This document shows positions 1 to 8,015 of a stretch of DNA of 29,194 bases, piece by piece. The first letter of the stretch is position 1. Every line of letters starts with the position of its first letter. The stretch is from contig JBNJGY010000013.1 in the NCBI GenBank assembly GCA_051748045.1, forward strand, positions 9,346 to 38,539, read 5' to 3'. Under the pieces are notes generated by a model. That model did no database searches. It was given only the letters and a program-made list of their open reading frames with translations, and was not told the origin of the DNA. Source of the DNA: Thermotogota bacterium (GTDB lineage Bacteria; Thermotogota; Thermotogae; Petrotogales; Petrotogaceae). The position numbers were made by a program, and so were the translations under genes.

Positions 1-111
1 TTAAAAAATTAAGCTATAAATAAAACTATATACTTACACTATTATTATATCACTTGATATATTAATTTTCTGAAATTATTTTTTAAGATTTGGTAAACAC
101 CGAGGTGATTT

Positions 112-666
112 ATGCATATAATTACGAATAATTTGATTATTAAGCCACATACTAAGGATAATAAAGAATTACTATATAAATGGATGAATGATGCTAATTT
201 AGCTTATTATGATGATGAAGACCCTGAACCATATGAAGGGCCAAGTTGGGAAAAAATGGAAAAAATAATGGAAAGATTTATAAAATCAACACCTGAAAAA
301 AATGGAGATATAATCCATTTAGCAATTCACAAAAAGGATAGTAATGACTTCATTGGATTCACTATGATCGCCTTGATAGATAAGTATCATAAAAAATGTC
401 ACTTAGGTCTTACTATTGGCAATAAAGAAGAATGGGGTAAGGGATATGGAACAGAAGTTGTAAAAGCTATGATAAAATTCGCTTTTAATGATTTAAAAAT
501 GAATAGAGTTGGTGCGGAAATTTATTCACATAATATTGGTTCTATAAAAATATTTGAAAAAAGTGGATTTAAAAAAGAAGGTATTATAAGACAAAGTGTG
601 CTAAAAAATAGTCACTATAAAGATGAATTTATATACGGAATTTTAAAAGAAGAATATTGGAGGTAA
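112..666 (+). CDS. GNAT N-acetyltransferase, RimJ/RimL family
   Basis: EWGKGYGTE acetyl-CoA motif, NxxSxxxFEKxGFxxEG; SD GAGGTG upstream. Confidence 0.9.
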   Translation: MHIITNNLIIKPHTKDNKELLYKWMNDANLAYYDDEDPEPYEGPSWEKMEKIMERFIKSTPEKNGDIIHLAIHKKDSNDFIGFTMIALIDKYHKKCHLGLTIGNKEEWGKGYGTEVVKAMIKFAFNDLKMNRVGAEIYSHNIGSIKIFEKSGFKKEGIIRQSVLKNSHYKDEFIYGILKEEYWR

Positions 667-668
667 AG

Positions 669-1607
669 ATGGAATACATTTTTTTGATAATTGGGTTTAT
701 TTTTCTTGTTAAAGGATCTGATTATTTAGTAGATGGAGCTTCAAATATCGCTGGTTATTTTGGAATTTCACAGTTAATAATTGGTTTAACTATTGTTGCC
801 TTCGGTACATCAACTCCAGAATTAATAGTGAATTTGCTTTCTAGTTCTACAAGCAACACCGATTTAGCTATATCCAATGTTCTTGGAAGTAATCTTTTCA
901 ATACATTGATAATTCTTGGGATTACATCTTTAATTGCTCCAATAGGTGTACAAAAATCAACTGTAAAAAAAGAAATCCCTATGAACTTTTTGGTTACCTT
1001 AGTTTTACTAGTTCTTGTAAATGATTTAATTTTGAATCAAGGAAATAATTCACTTTCTCTTGGCGATGGAATTATTTTATTATTATTTTTTATTATTTTC
1101 TTTTATTATGTATTTGAAAACGCAAAAGAACAAGGTTTTAAAAAAGAAGATAATAATAACATATTAAAAATAAAAGATTTTGTATTTGTTGGTTTGGGCA
1201 TATTTATGCTTTATTTAGGTGGAGACTGGATAGTTACTAACGCAGTGAAGATATCAGAAAGTTTTGGAGTTCCACAAAAAATTATTGGTCTGACAATTTT
1301 AGCTACAGGAACATCATTACCTGAATTGGTAACCTCTATAACAGCTGTAAGAAAAGGAAACAACGATATTGCTGTAGGAAATGTTGTAGGATCAAATATT
1401 TTTAATATTCTTTTAGTTTTATCCTCTTCAACATTTATAACTAAAATACCTTTTAACCCTGGTGACAATATAACTATATTGGTGTTATTATTCTCAACTA
1501 TTTTACTATGGCTGTTTTTACGAAAAGACCATGAATTAACCAAAGGAGAAGGTCTTATATTATTAATAATTTACATATCTTATATGAGTTATGAATTCAT
1601 AAAATAA
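669..1607 (+). CDS. Calcium/sodium antiporter (YrbG/CaCA family)
   Basis: Two alpha repeats GTSTPEL and GTSLPEL with GSNxFN; about 10 TM segments; ATG at 669 after GGAGG preferred over 657. Confidence 0.92.
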   Translation: MEYIFLIIGFIFLVKGSDYLVDGASNIAGYFGISQLIIGLTIVAFGTSTPELIVNLLSSSTSNTDLAISNVLGSNLFNTLIILGITSLIAPIGVQKSTVKKEIPMNFLVTLVLLVLVNDLILNQGNNSLSLGDGIILLLFFIIFFYYVFENAKEQGFKKEDNNNILKIKDFVFVGLGIFMLYLGGDWIVTNAVKISESFGVPQKIIGLTILATGTSLPELVTSITAVRKGNNDIAVGNVVGSNIFNILLVLSSSTFITKIPFNPGDNITILVLLFSTILLWLFLRKDHELTKGEGLILLIIYISYMSYEFIK

Positions 1608-1632
1608 AAGGAGATTTATCTCCTTTTATTTT
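1601..1632. terminator. Bidirectional intrinsic terminator between convergent genes
   Basis: aaaataaaaggagat-tt-atctccttttatttt; arms include both TAA stops. Confidence 0.8.
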
Positions 1633-2273
1633 CTTGCTACTATTATGTGATTTTTCTTGTTCTTTTCATAGATCATATCAACACTTTTGAACCCGGATTT
1701 TTTTAGTAAATCTATCTCATTTTCAATGGTCAAAGGGATATCAAAATGTCCCTCTACTTCAGAAATCTTTTTATCCAGAAATTCTTTTATCAAAAAATCT
1801 TGTTCTTCTTCTGTTTTTGAGAAATAATCTCCTTCTATATATAAACCATTAGGATTTAATGATTTATGAATAGATTGAAAGATTTTTGCTTTTTTATTGC
1901 CAAAATAATGGTGCATGGTCATGCTTGAAATTATGCAATCAAACTTGTCACCATATTTGTCCAAATTTAGATACGAATCTTTAATTGTTGAAATTTTATA
2001 ACTTTTAAATTTCCTTTTTAGTTTTTTCAGCATTTTTTCTGAAATATCTAAAGCTGTTATTTCTGCTTCTGGAAAATATTCCAACAGAACCTTTAATTCA
2101 ATGCCTGTTCCAGCACCTAAATTTAAAATTTTTATTTCTTTCTTTTCTAAACTTTTATACAAATACTCTCCAAACTTCGAATAATAATTATTATAATCAT
2201 CTACGTTTTTCTTCATGTATTCATCATAACTATCTACCCTGTTATCAAAAAACTGTTCCATATTTTCAGTCAT
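1626..2273 (-). CDS. Class I SAM-dependent methyltransferase
   Basis: LNLGAGTG motif I, LDIS, FDCIISS, LNPNG; ATG at 2273 after GGAGGTG. Confidence 0.88.
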   Translation of the reverse strand: MTENMEQFFDNRVDSYDEYMKKNVDDYNNYYSKFGEYLYKSLEKKEIKILNLGAGTGIELKVLLEYFPEAEITALDISEKMLKKLKRKFKSYKISTIKDSYLNLDKYGDKFDCIISSMTMHHYFGNKKAKIFQSIHKSLNPNGLYIEGDYFSKTEEEQDFLIKEFLDKKISEVEGHFDIPLTIENEIDLLKKSGFKSVDMIYEKNKKNHIIVARK

Positions 2274-2398
2274 TTCCCACCTCCATTTACTATATATTAT
2301 TATACACAAAATTAATTTTATTTTTATATTATCATAATTTTTTGAAGTTAGAATTTAACAGACCCCTAGGGCGGGGGCAGTTTAAAAGAGGTGAAATC

Positions 2399-2515
2399 AT
2401 GGATATATTTATTAGTGTTTTAATATTGGGAATTGCTGGATACTTAGTATATAGATTTTTATTTAAGAAAAAAGGAAAATCTTGTTGTTCTCAAGAATCA
2501 AAAGAAATGGAATAG
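2399..2515 (+). CDS. 38-aa single-TM Cys-containing protein (FeoB-associated Cys-rich-like); not in ORF track
   Basis: MDIFISVLILGIAGYLVYRFLFKKKGKSCCSQESKEME*; SD GAGGTG; TM helix, basic patch, CC. Confidence 0.75.
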   Translation: MDIFISVLILGIAGYLVYRFLFKKKGKSCCSQESKEME

Positions 2516-2537
2516 GTTACCCTATTCCATTTCTTTT
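2500..2537. terminator. 17-bp perfect inverted repeat formed by the 3' ends of two convergent ORFs
   Basis: aaaagaaatggaatagg-ttac-cctattccatttctttt. Confidence 0.8.
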
Positions 2538-2704
2538 TTTAAAATAACTACCGTTTCTTCATCTTCATTAATATAAAAAATATTATCTCCATGACATAAA
2601 TCACATCTTCCAACGCAATCTTCTACAGAGTATTCCAAGTCAATATTTTCTAAATATTTTTTTATTTCTTCTAATTTTTTAGCTGCACTACAAACTTTTA
2701 CCAT
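2522..2704 (-). CDS. Small 4-Cys protein, YuzB/DUF1450-like (possible metal/Fe-S binding)
   Basis: N-terminal Cys plus CVGRCDLC (CxxxCxxC); SD GGAGGTGG. Confidence 0.7.
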   Translation of the reverse strand: MVKVCSAAKKLEEIKKYLENIDLEYSVEDCVGRCDLCHGDNIFYINEDEETVVILKKEME

Positions 2705-2737
2705 TTATAACCACCTCCGGGGGATATGGGTATTTCA

Positions 2738-2766
2738 ATTATAATAATTAATACCATTTTTGTCAA
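2738..2766 (-). promoter_or_regulatory. Consensus sigma70/A promoter of the DUF1450-like gene
   Basis: TTGACA (2766-2761), 17-nt spacer, TATAAT (2743-2738). Confidence 0.8.
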
Positions 2767-2815
2767 TTTTAATATTGTTTTTATTTAACTAACATAATTT
2801 AGAGTTATCATATTA

Positions 2816-2834
2816 ATACCCCCTACCATAGGGC
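2816..2834. promoter_or_regulatory. CsoR/RcnR-like operator candidate upstream of response regulator
   Basis: ATACCCCCTACCATAGGGC; related tracts at 2362-2378 and 2717-2733. Confidence 0.45.
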
Positions 2835-2850
2835 TGATTGGAGGAATATT

Positions 2851-3540
2851 ATGATTTATAAAATTTTATTAGTAGAAGATGACAAAAAGATATCTGAAAT
2901 AATAGAAAAATATTTAAAAAAGAAAGGCTTTAATGTCGATCTCGTTTTTAACGGGATAGATGCCCTTGAGAAATTCAGTGGAGATAATTTCCATCTCATT
3001 ATTTTGGACATAATGATGCCTGGAATAAGTGGCTTTGAAGTTCTTTCTGAGATAAGAACTATTTCTGATATTCCAGTTATTATTGTTACTGCTAAGAAAG
3101 ATGAAGTAGATAGGTTAAATGGATTCAATAAAGGAGCTGATGATTATATAGTCAAACCTTTTAGTCCAAAAGAGTTAGTAAAAAGAGTAGAGGTAATAAT
3201 AAAAAGAGCCTACAAACCTATAAAACAAAAAAGATTGCTTATTTTTGGTGACTTGAAGTTAGACTTAGTTAGTCAAAAATTATATAAAGGTGAGAAAAAC
3301 ATAGAGATTTCTTCAAAAGAATTTAATATATTAAGAACTTTTTTTGAAAATACTAATATCCCCTTATCAAGAGAAAAACTAATTAAAGATTCTTTTGGCT
3401 TTGATTATGAAGGCTTTGATAGAAATATTGATTCTTATATTAAAAATATTAGAAAAAAAATTGAAATTGATACTAGAAATCCAGATTACATTAAAACGAT
3501 TTATGGGTTTGGTTATTTAATGGGAAGTGATGAAGATTAA
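2851..3540 (+). CDS. OmpR/PhoB-family response regulator
   Basis: Receiver VEDD, DIMMP, KPF; winged-helix RNIDSYIKNIRKK, TIYGFGY. Confidence 0.95.
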   Translation: MIYKILLVEDDKKISEIIEKYLKKKGFNVDLVFNGIDALEKFSGDNFHLIILDIMMPGISGFEVLSEIRTISDIPVIIVTAKKDEVDRLNGFNKGADDYIVKPFSPKELVKRVEVIIKRAYKPIKQKRLLIFGDLKLDLVSQKLYKGEKNIEISSKEFNILRTFFENTNIPLSREKLIKDSFGFDYEGFDRNIDSYIKNIRKKIEIDTRNPDYIKTIYGFGYLMGSDED

Positions 3541-4885
3541 ATTTAAAAATATAATTTTATTAAGTATTTTATCGATAGTTTTGTTTTCAATTTTTATTAA
3601 TAGTTTTATATTTGGTGGTTTAATAAATAACTACTTTAAAGGTTATATTCTAGAAGAATATAACAATGAGATAGAAAAAATAAAAAGTATTAGCGTTAAT
3701 TATTTAGAAAACAATGAATTAACAAAAAATCAGATAATTTTACAATTTGAAAATTTTATTGAAGACCCCATTGCTGAAATAGAACTGTATGATGATTCTG
3801 GAAATTACATTCTAGGCACAGAGAATACAATGACGAATATGCATAATAGAATGATGAATATGAGAAACTCTGATATAGATACTGAAACAGATATATATAG
3901 CTTAGAAATAGATGAGGTTTTATTAGGTTATTTAGAAATTAAAAGAAACATGAAAATTGAAAACACAGAAAACATTAATTATTTTTATGGTTCTTTAATA
4001 AGAGGTTCTCTTGTATCAATTTTTGTCGTTTCTTTATTAGCAATAATTATAAGTATAGCTTATAGTAAGAGAATTAGTTTTGATTTTAAAAAAACTGTTG
4101 AACTTGCAAATCAAATTGATCATAATGAAGAAATAAATCTTAAAGAATCAAAAATTAAGGAAATAAAAGAAATCCAAAATACTTTAAGTAGTATATCTAC
4201 TAAATTAAAAATTAAACGAACTCTCAGAAAAGAAGAATTAGACAAGTTAACTCATGAAATTAAAACTCCAATTATGATTTTAAAATCAAATTTAGAAGGG
4301 AAAAAAGATGGTGTTGTAGATTTTGATAAAAAAAGAATAAATAGTCTTATTGAAGAGGTTGATAATTTGTCAAAAATTACAGAAAATATAAAAGAAATAT
4401 TTGAGTATGAAAAAAATAATAAAAAACTTAATATTACTACTTTTAATTTAAATGAAGAAATCAAAAAAATATATAAAGGAATGAAATATCAGTTTGAAAA
4501 GAAAAATATAGAATTGGAATTTGTTTCTAACAAAAAAATTGAAATAACTTCAGATAAATCTTTATTAAATCAATCTATTTATAATCTTTTATCTAATGCT
4601 TATAAATATTCAAATTCCAGTAAAGTATTAATTAAAATTGAAGAATTTGAGTCAAAAGTTGATATTCTAATAAAAGATAACGGTAAAGGCATAGATAAGA
4701 AATATATAAAAAATATATTTGAAGCATATTATCGAGTTCCCACAGAAAAAATTGGTGGTTCTGGATTAGGACTTTTTATAACAAAGAATAATATAGAGAA
4801 AATAAACGGAACTATTAAAGTGGAATCAGATAAACATCAAGGAACGAAATTTATTATTGAATTACCAAAAAATATAAAATCATAA
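3527..4885 (+). CDS. Two-TM sensor histidine kinase
   Basis: H-box THEIKTP, N-box NLLSNAYKY, DNGKGI, GSGLGL; Met/His-rich extracytoplasmic segment MTNMHNRMMNM. Confidence 0.93.
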   Translation: MMKIKFKNIILLSILSIVLFSIFINSFIFGGLINNYFKGYILEEYNNEIEKIKSISVNYLENNELTKNQIILQFENFIEDPIAEIELYDDSGNYILGTENTMTNMHNRMMNMRNSDIDTETDIYSLEIDEVLLGYLEIKRNMKIENTENINYFYGSLIRGSLVSIFVVSLLAIIISIAYSKRISFDFKKTVELANQIDHNEEINLKESKIKEIKEIQNTLSSISTKLKIKRTLRKEELDKLTHEIKTPIMILKSNLEGKKDGVVDFDKKRINSLIEEVDNLSKITENIKEIFEYEKNNKKLNITTFNLNEEIKKIYKGMKYQFEKKNIELEFVSNKKIEITSDKSLLNQSIYNLLSNAYKYSNSSKVLIKIEEFESKVDILIKDNGKGIDKKYIKNIFEAYYRVPTEKIGGSGLGLFITKNNIEKINGTIKVESDKHQGTKFIIELPKNIKS

Positions 4886-4910
4886 TTCCTCCATAATTCA
4901 AAATTATAAT
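4881..4910 (+). promoter_or_regulatory. OmpR-type tandem direct repeat plus -10 box
   Basis: CATAATTC at 4881 and 4892 (11-bp period), TATAAT at 4905-4910. Confidence 0.6.
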
Positions 4911-4964
4911 ATAAGTGTAGATAGGTTGAAATACAAAACATACATTTAAAGGAGGCGTTTATAT

Positions 4965-5219
4965 ATGATGCACGGATATTTTTGGGACGGAATGTGGACA
5001 GGAGGTGGATTCTTTATGGGATTATTCTGGATTCTAATCATTGCAGCAGTGTTGTATTTTGTTTTTAGAAACAATAATACTGGTAACCAAAACAACAATA
5101 ATAATAATTCAAAAAGAAATTCTACAGACGAAGCTCTAAAAACTTTGAACGAAAGATATGTAAATGGTGAAATTAGTGAAGAAGAATATAAAGAAAAGAA
5201 AAATAATTTATTAAAATAG
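4965..5219 (+). CDS. SHOCT-domain membrane protein
   Basis: MMHG..GMW N-terminus, one TM, Asn-rich linker, ALKTLNERYVNGEISEEEY SHOCT motif; SD AAGGAGG. Confidence 0.88.
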   Translation: MMHGYFWDGMWTGGGFFMGLFWILIIAAVLYFVFRNNNTGNQNNNNNNSKRNSTDEALKTLNERYVNGEISEEEYKEKKNNLLK

Positions 5220-5231
5220 GAGATGATTTAA

Positions 5232-5690
5232 ATGAAAAAGATATTTATACCAATTTTGGTTATAATGTTAGGGTCAGTTTTTATTTTTTCTCATGGTTAC
5301 AATAGTTCCGAAAGCAACTGGAACGAACCATTATCCAATACCCTAAGCGAATCTAGTGATTCTTACAATTTGACTATTATAGAAATAGATACAACAAGAC
5401 CTTTAGCGGTTGGACAAGATAATGATGGTAGTGAATACGTTATTAATTTTGGTTTTTTATTGAATAAATATAACAATATTCCAGTAGAAGTAGGGCAAAC
5501 CATACAATTAAATGGTCAAATTGAAACCCATTTTTTCTCTAGAGATATGATCTTAGCTAAAAAAGCCTCTATAAATAATGAAGAGTATTTTATAGATTAT
5601 CAAAATTCAAATCAATCAAATTCTTATGGCAACTGTGGTTTTGGTAATAGGAATAATAGGAATTATGGTCACGGAATGATGGGCTGGTAA
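5232..5690 (+). CDS. Secreted protein with C-terminal Cys/His/Met tail
   Basis: Signal peptide MKKIFIPILVIMLGSVFIFS; ends CGFG...YGHGMMGW; SD AGGAG. Confidence 0.75.
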   Translation: MKKIFIPILVIMLGSVFIFSHGYNSSESNWNEPLSNTLSESSDSYNLTIIEIDTTRPLAVGQDNDGSEYVINFGFLLNKYNNIPVEVGQTIQLNGQIETHFFSRDMILAKKASINNEEYFIDYQNSNQSNSYGNCGFGNRNNRNYGHGMMGW

Positions 5691-5727
5691 TCACTCAGAA
5701 ATAATATAATACAACAAAATATATTTT

Positions 5728-5754
5728 AAATAGGATGTCTTTGACATCCTATTT
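5728..5754 (+). terminator. Intrinsic terminator
   Basis: aaataggatgtc-ttt-gacatcctattt followed by T-rich tail. Confidence 0.8.
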
Positions 5755-5815
5755 TTCTTTTTATATCTAAATAAGTTATAATAAGATTTGACAAAACTAA
5801 ATAAGAGGTGAAAAA

Positions 5816-7045
5816 ATGTTTTTATATATTTTTTTAGGTATTTATCTATTTGCAGAATTTTTTGATATTTTTCTTTCAAGATTAAATCTTAATTATTCAA
5901 CTTCTCCTTTAAGAGAAATCCCAAAAGAAATGAAAGATGAAATAACTTGGCATGAATTTGAAAAATCCAAAGAATATACAGCTGACAAGAATTTGATTAG
6001 TTTTGCTTCTCATATTCTAACTATTATAGCTAACATATTATTTATTATATTTATATTTCCGTATGTTGAAAACTTTGTTGTTAATTTAACAGATAATATT
6101 ATTTATCAATCATTTTTGTTTTTTGGTTTTTTTGGATTAGTAAATTATATTATTTCTCTACCTTTTAGTTATTTTAACACTTTTAAAATAGAACAAAAAT
6201 ATGGATTCAATAAAACTACTATGAAAACTTTTATATTAGACAATATAAAAAGTATTTTATTATCTGTGTTATTAGGTGCAGGTGTGATTTATTTAATTAT
6301 AAAAGGTATTCAAACATTTGATAATTGGTGGATAGTTGTTTCCTTTATTATCATAGGGGTTCAGTTTATAGCTATTTGGTTATATCCAAAATTTATTATG
6401 CCACTTTTTAATAAATTTAAGCCTCTTGAAAATGAAAAATTAAAAAACAAATTAGTTAAAATCGCAAATGATGCAGGATTTGATGTTTCAAAAATTTTTG
6501 TCATGGACGCTTCAAAAAGAACTGGACATTCAAACGCATTTTTTTCAGGGTTTGGAAAAACAAAGAAAATAGTTCTTTTTGATACATTATTAGAAGAACA
6601 CGATGAAGATGAAATTGAAGCTATTTTTGCTCATGAAGCTGGTCATTATAAATTAAATCATATTATGAAAAACATGTTTATTTCTATATTTTTAATGGTA
6701 GCTATAATTGTTTTAGTTTTCTTTATTACTGAGTCAAATCTTTTAACGGAAACTTTTGGAGTGAAAAAAGTATACACAAAACTGACTTATGCTTTTATCT
6801 TTGCTGGTAGTATCTTTAATTTTGTTGGTTACATATTAAGCACTATGAGCAGAAAACATGAGTTTGAAGCAGATAACTATTCAAAGAAATATAAAGATCC
6901 CAAACATTTAATTAGAGCATTGAAAAAATTAACGAAATCAAATTTATCTAATTTAAATCCTCATCCTTTGTATGCCAAACTCAATTATTCACACCCAACA
7001 CTTGTTGAGAGAATTAGAAATTTAAAAAGATCTAAAAAACAATGA
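5816..7045 (+). CDS. M48 family zinc metallopeptidase, Ste24/CAAX protease type
   Basis: HEAGH, MDASKRTGHSNAFFSG, SRKHEFEAD, YSHPTLVERI; multi-TM. Confidence 0.93.
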   Translation: MFLYIFLGIYLFAEFFDIFLSRLNLNYSTSPLREIPKEMKDEITWHEFEKSKEYTADKNLISFASHILTIIANILFIIFIFPYVENFVVNLTDNIIYQSFLFFGFFGLVNYIISLPFSYFNTFKIEQKYGFNKTTMKTFILDNIKSILLSVLLGAGVIYLIIKGIQTFDNWWIVVSFIIIGVQFIAIWLYPKFIMPLFNKFKPLENEKLKNKLVKIANDAGFDVSKIFVMDASKRTGHSNAFFSGFGKTKKIVLFDTLLEEHDEDEIEAIFAHEAGHYKLNHIMKNMFISIFLMVAIIVLVFFITESNLLTETFGVKKVYTKLTYAFIFAGSIFNFVGYILSTMSRKHEFEADNYSKKYKDPKHLIRALKKLTKSNLSNLNPHPLYAKLNYSHPTLVERIRNLKRSKKQ

Positions 7046-7235
7046 AGAAATATAAAAAAGAAAAGTATTGGAGTTTTACTGAGAGAAACAATATAAAAAT
7101 TGATGTTGAAAAACACGGATGTTTTTCATGCGAATTTATCCATGGATGGATAATATGAGCTGTACATCAATTTTATTGTTGAACGAGGGTTAAAAAACGA
7201 CCTACTTTGATTTTTTATATTTCGGAATTGTTTTT
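7035..7235. repeat. Nested imperfect palindrome (REP/MITE-like or structured RNA) with twin hairpins
   Basis: Five nested arm pairs enclose hairpins tgaaaaaca-cgga-tgtttttca and ttatcca-tgga-tggataa. Confidence 0.7.
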
Positions 7236-7254
7236 CTATGTCTTTCAAATATAA

Positions 7255-7278
7255 AAAGGCTCGCATATGCGAGCCTTT
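7255..7278 (-). terminator. Intrinsic terminator of the micropeptide operon
   Basis: Perfect 24-bp palindrome aaaggctcgcatatgcgagccttt; T run on minus strand, 10 nt after the ORF C stop. Confidence 0.8.
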
Positions 7279-7288
7279 CCAGTTTGGA

Positions 7289-7402
7289 TTAGATAAAGAT
7301 CCTGTTGCTTTCTGTTACTTCGTTTATTGATAAACATTCTACATTGGGGTTTAATAAATTTATTTTATTTAACTTATCATTATTTCTTGATTTTTTCATC
7401 AT
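7289..7402 (-). CDS. 37-aa micropeptide C (unannotated)
   Basis: MMKKSRNNDKLNKINLLNPNVECLSINEVTESNRIFI*; SD GAGGAGG; followed by terminator. Confidence 0.65.
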   Translation of the reverse strand: MMKKSRNNDKLNKINLLNPNVECLSINEVTESNRIFI

Positions 7403-7447
7403 TCAAATCGCCTCCTCATTTTTAGGAAACGGCTAAAAACTTATTCC

Positions 7448-7549
7448 TTAAAATCTTCTCATCAATTCAATTGCTAATTCTTTGTTATTGTCAAAAATTT
7501 CATCTTTTGCACTTATATATCTTTTTTTCCCAAAGTTTTTGTTTTTCAT
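7448..7549 (-). CDS. 33-aa micropeptide B (unannotated, paralog of A)
   Basis: MKNKNFGKKRYISAKDEIFDNNKELAIELMRRF*; SD AAGGAGGG at 7564-7557. Confidence 0.82.
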   Translation of the reverse strand: MKNKNFGKKRYISAKDEIFDNNKELAIELMRRF

Positions 7550-7579
7550 AATCCATCCCTCCTTTTTTCAGAAAGTAGG

Positions 7580-7678
7580 TCAGAATCTTCTTAACAACTC
7601 ACTAACTACATCTGAATATTCGTCAAACAAATTATCTTTAGCGCTTCTAATCCTTTTGTCATAAGTTCTTTTTGCCAT
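7580..7678 (-). CDS. 32-aa micropeptide A (unannotated, paralog of B)
   Basis: MAKRTYDKRIRSAKDNLFDEYSDVVSELLRRF*; SD AAGGAGGT at 7693-7686; TATAAT at 7726-7721. Confidence 0.82.
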   Translation of the reverse strand: MAKRTYDKRIRSAKDNLFDEYSDVVSELLRRF

Positions 7679-7909
7679 TTCGAATACCTCCTTTTGGAAT
7701 GTTTTTATATTTTCATAAGTATTATAATTTATAAAGTTAACTTCAAATCAAGAGCAATTTATGTTAACATTGAGTAAAATATACGAAAAATATGGAGTTA
7801 GCTATAGTTCATATTAATCATTGATTATGTAATGAAAAATATATCTTACAAAAACAGCATAAAATGACTGATTTTGAAATAGGATGAATAATATCATTAA
7901 TTTTGCATA

Positions 7910-7943
7910 TACAAAAACATGGAGTTAACTCCATGTTTTTGTA
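7910..7943. repeat. 34-bp perfect palindrome (terminator-like)
   Basis: tacaaaaacatggagttaactccatgtttttgta. Confidence 0.75.
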
Positions 7944-8015
7944 AGTATCTTTTTTCACTACTTAAGTATTATATTATGATAGAATTTATTGATATTATAA
8001 AAAAGAGGCGATTAT

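Noticed and set aside
5070-5110. AAC/AAT-rich run in the SHOCT gene as a phase-variable repeat
   Set aside because: Imperfect in-frame triplets encoding an Asn linker; cannot frameshift
7199-7581. 10-bp inverted match gacctacttt / aaagtaggtc between the fold-back element and the A-B spacer
   Set aside because: Too short to separate from chance; no target-site duplication
7482-7664. 60-aa + strand ORF in the track
   Set aside because: No SD; it is the antisense shadow of micropeptides A and B, which have strong SDs and paralogy
7779-7943. Roughly 64-nt spaced partial repeats read as a mini-CRISPR
   Set aside because: Only two good copies plus one 10-mer, and no cas genes in the window
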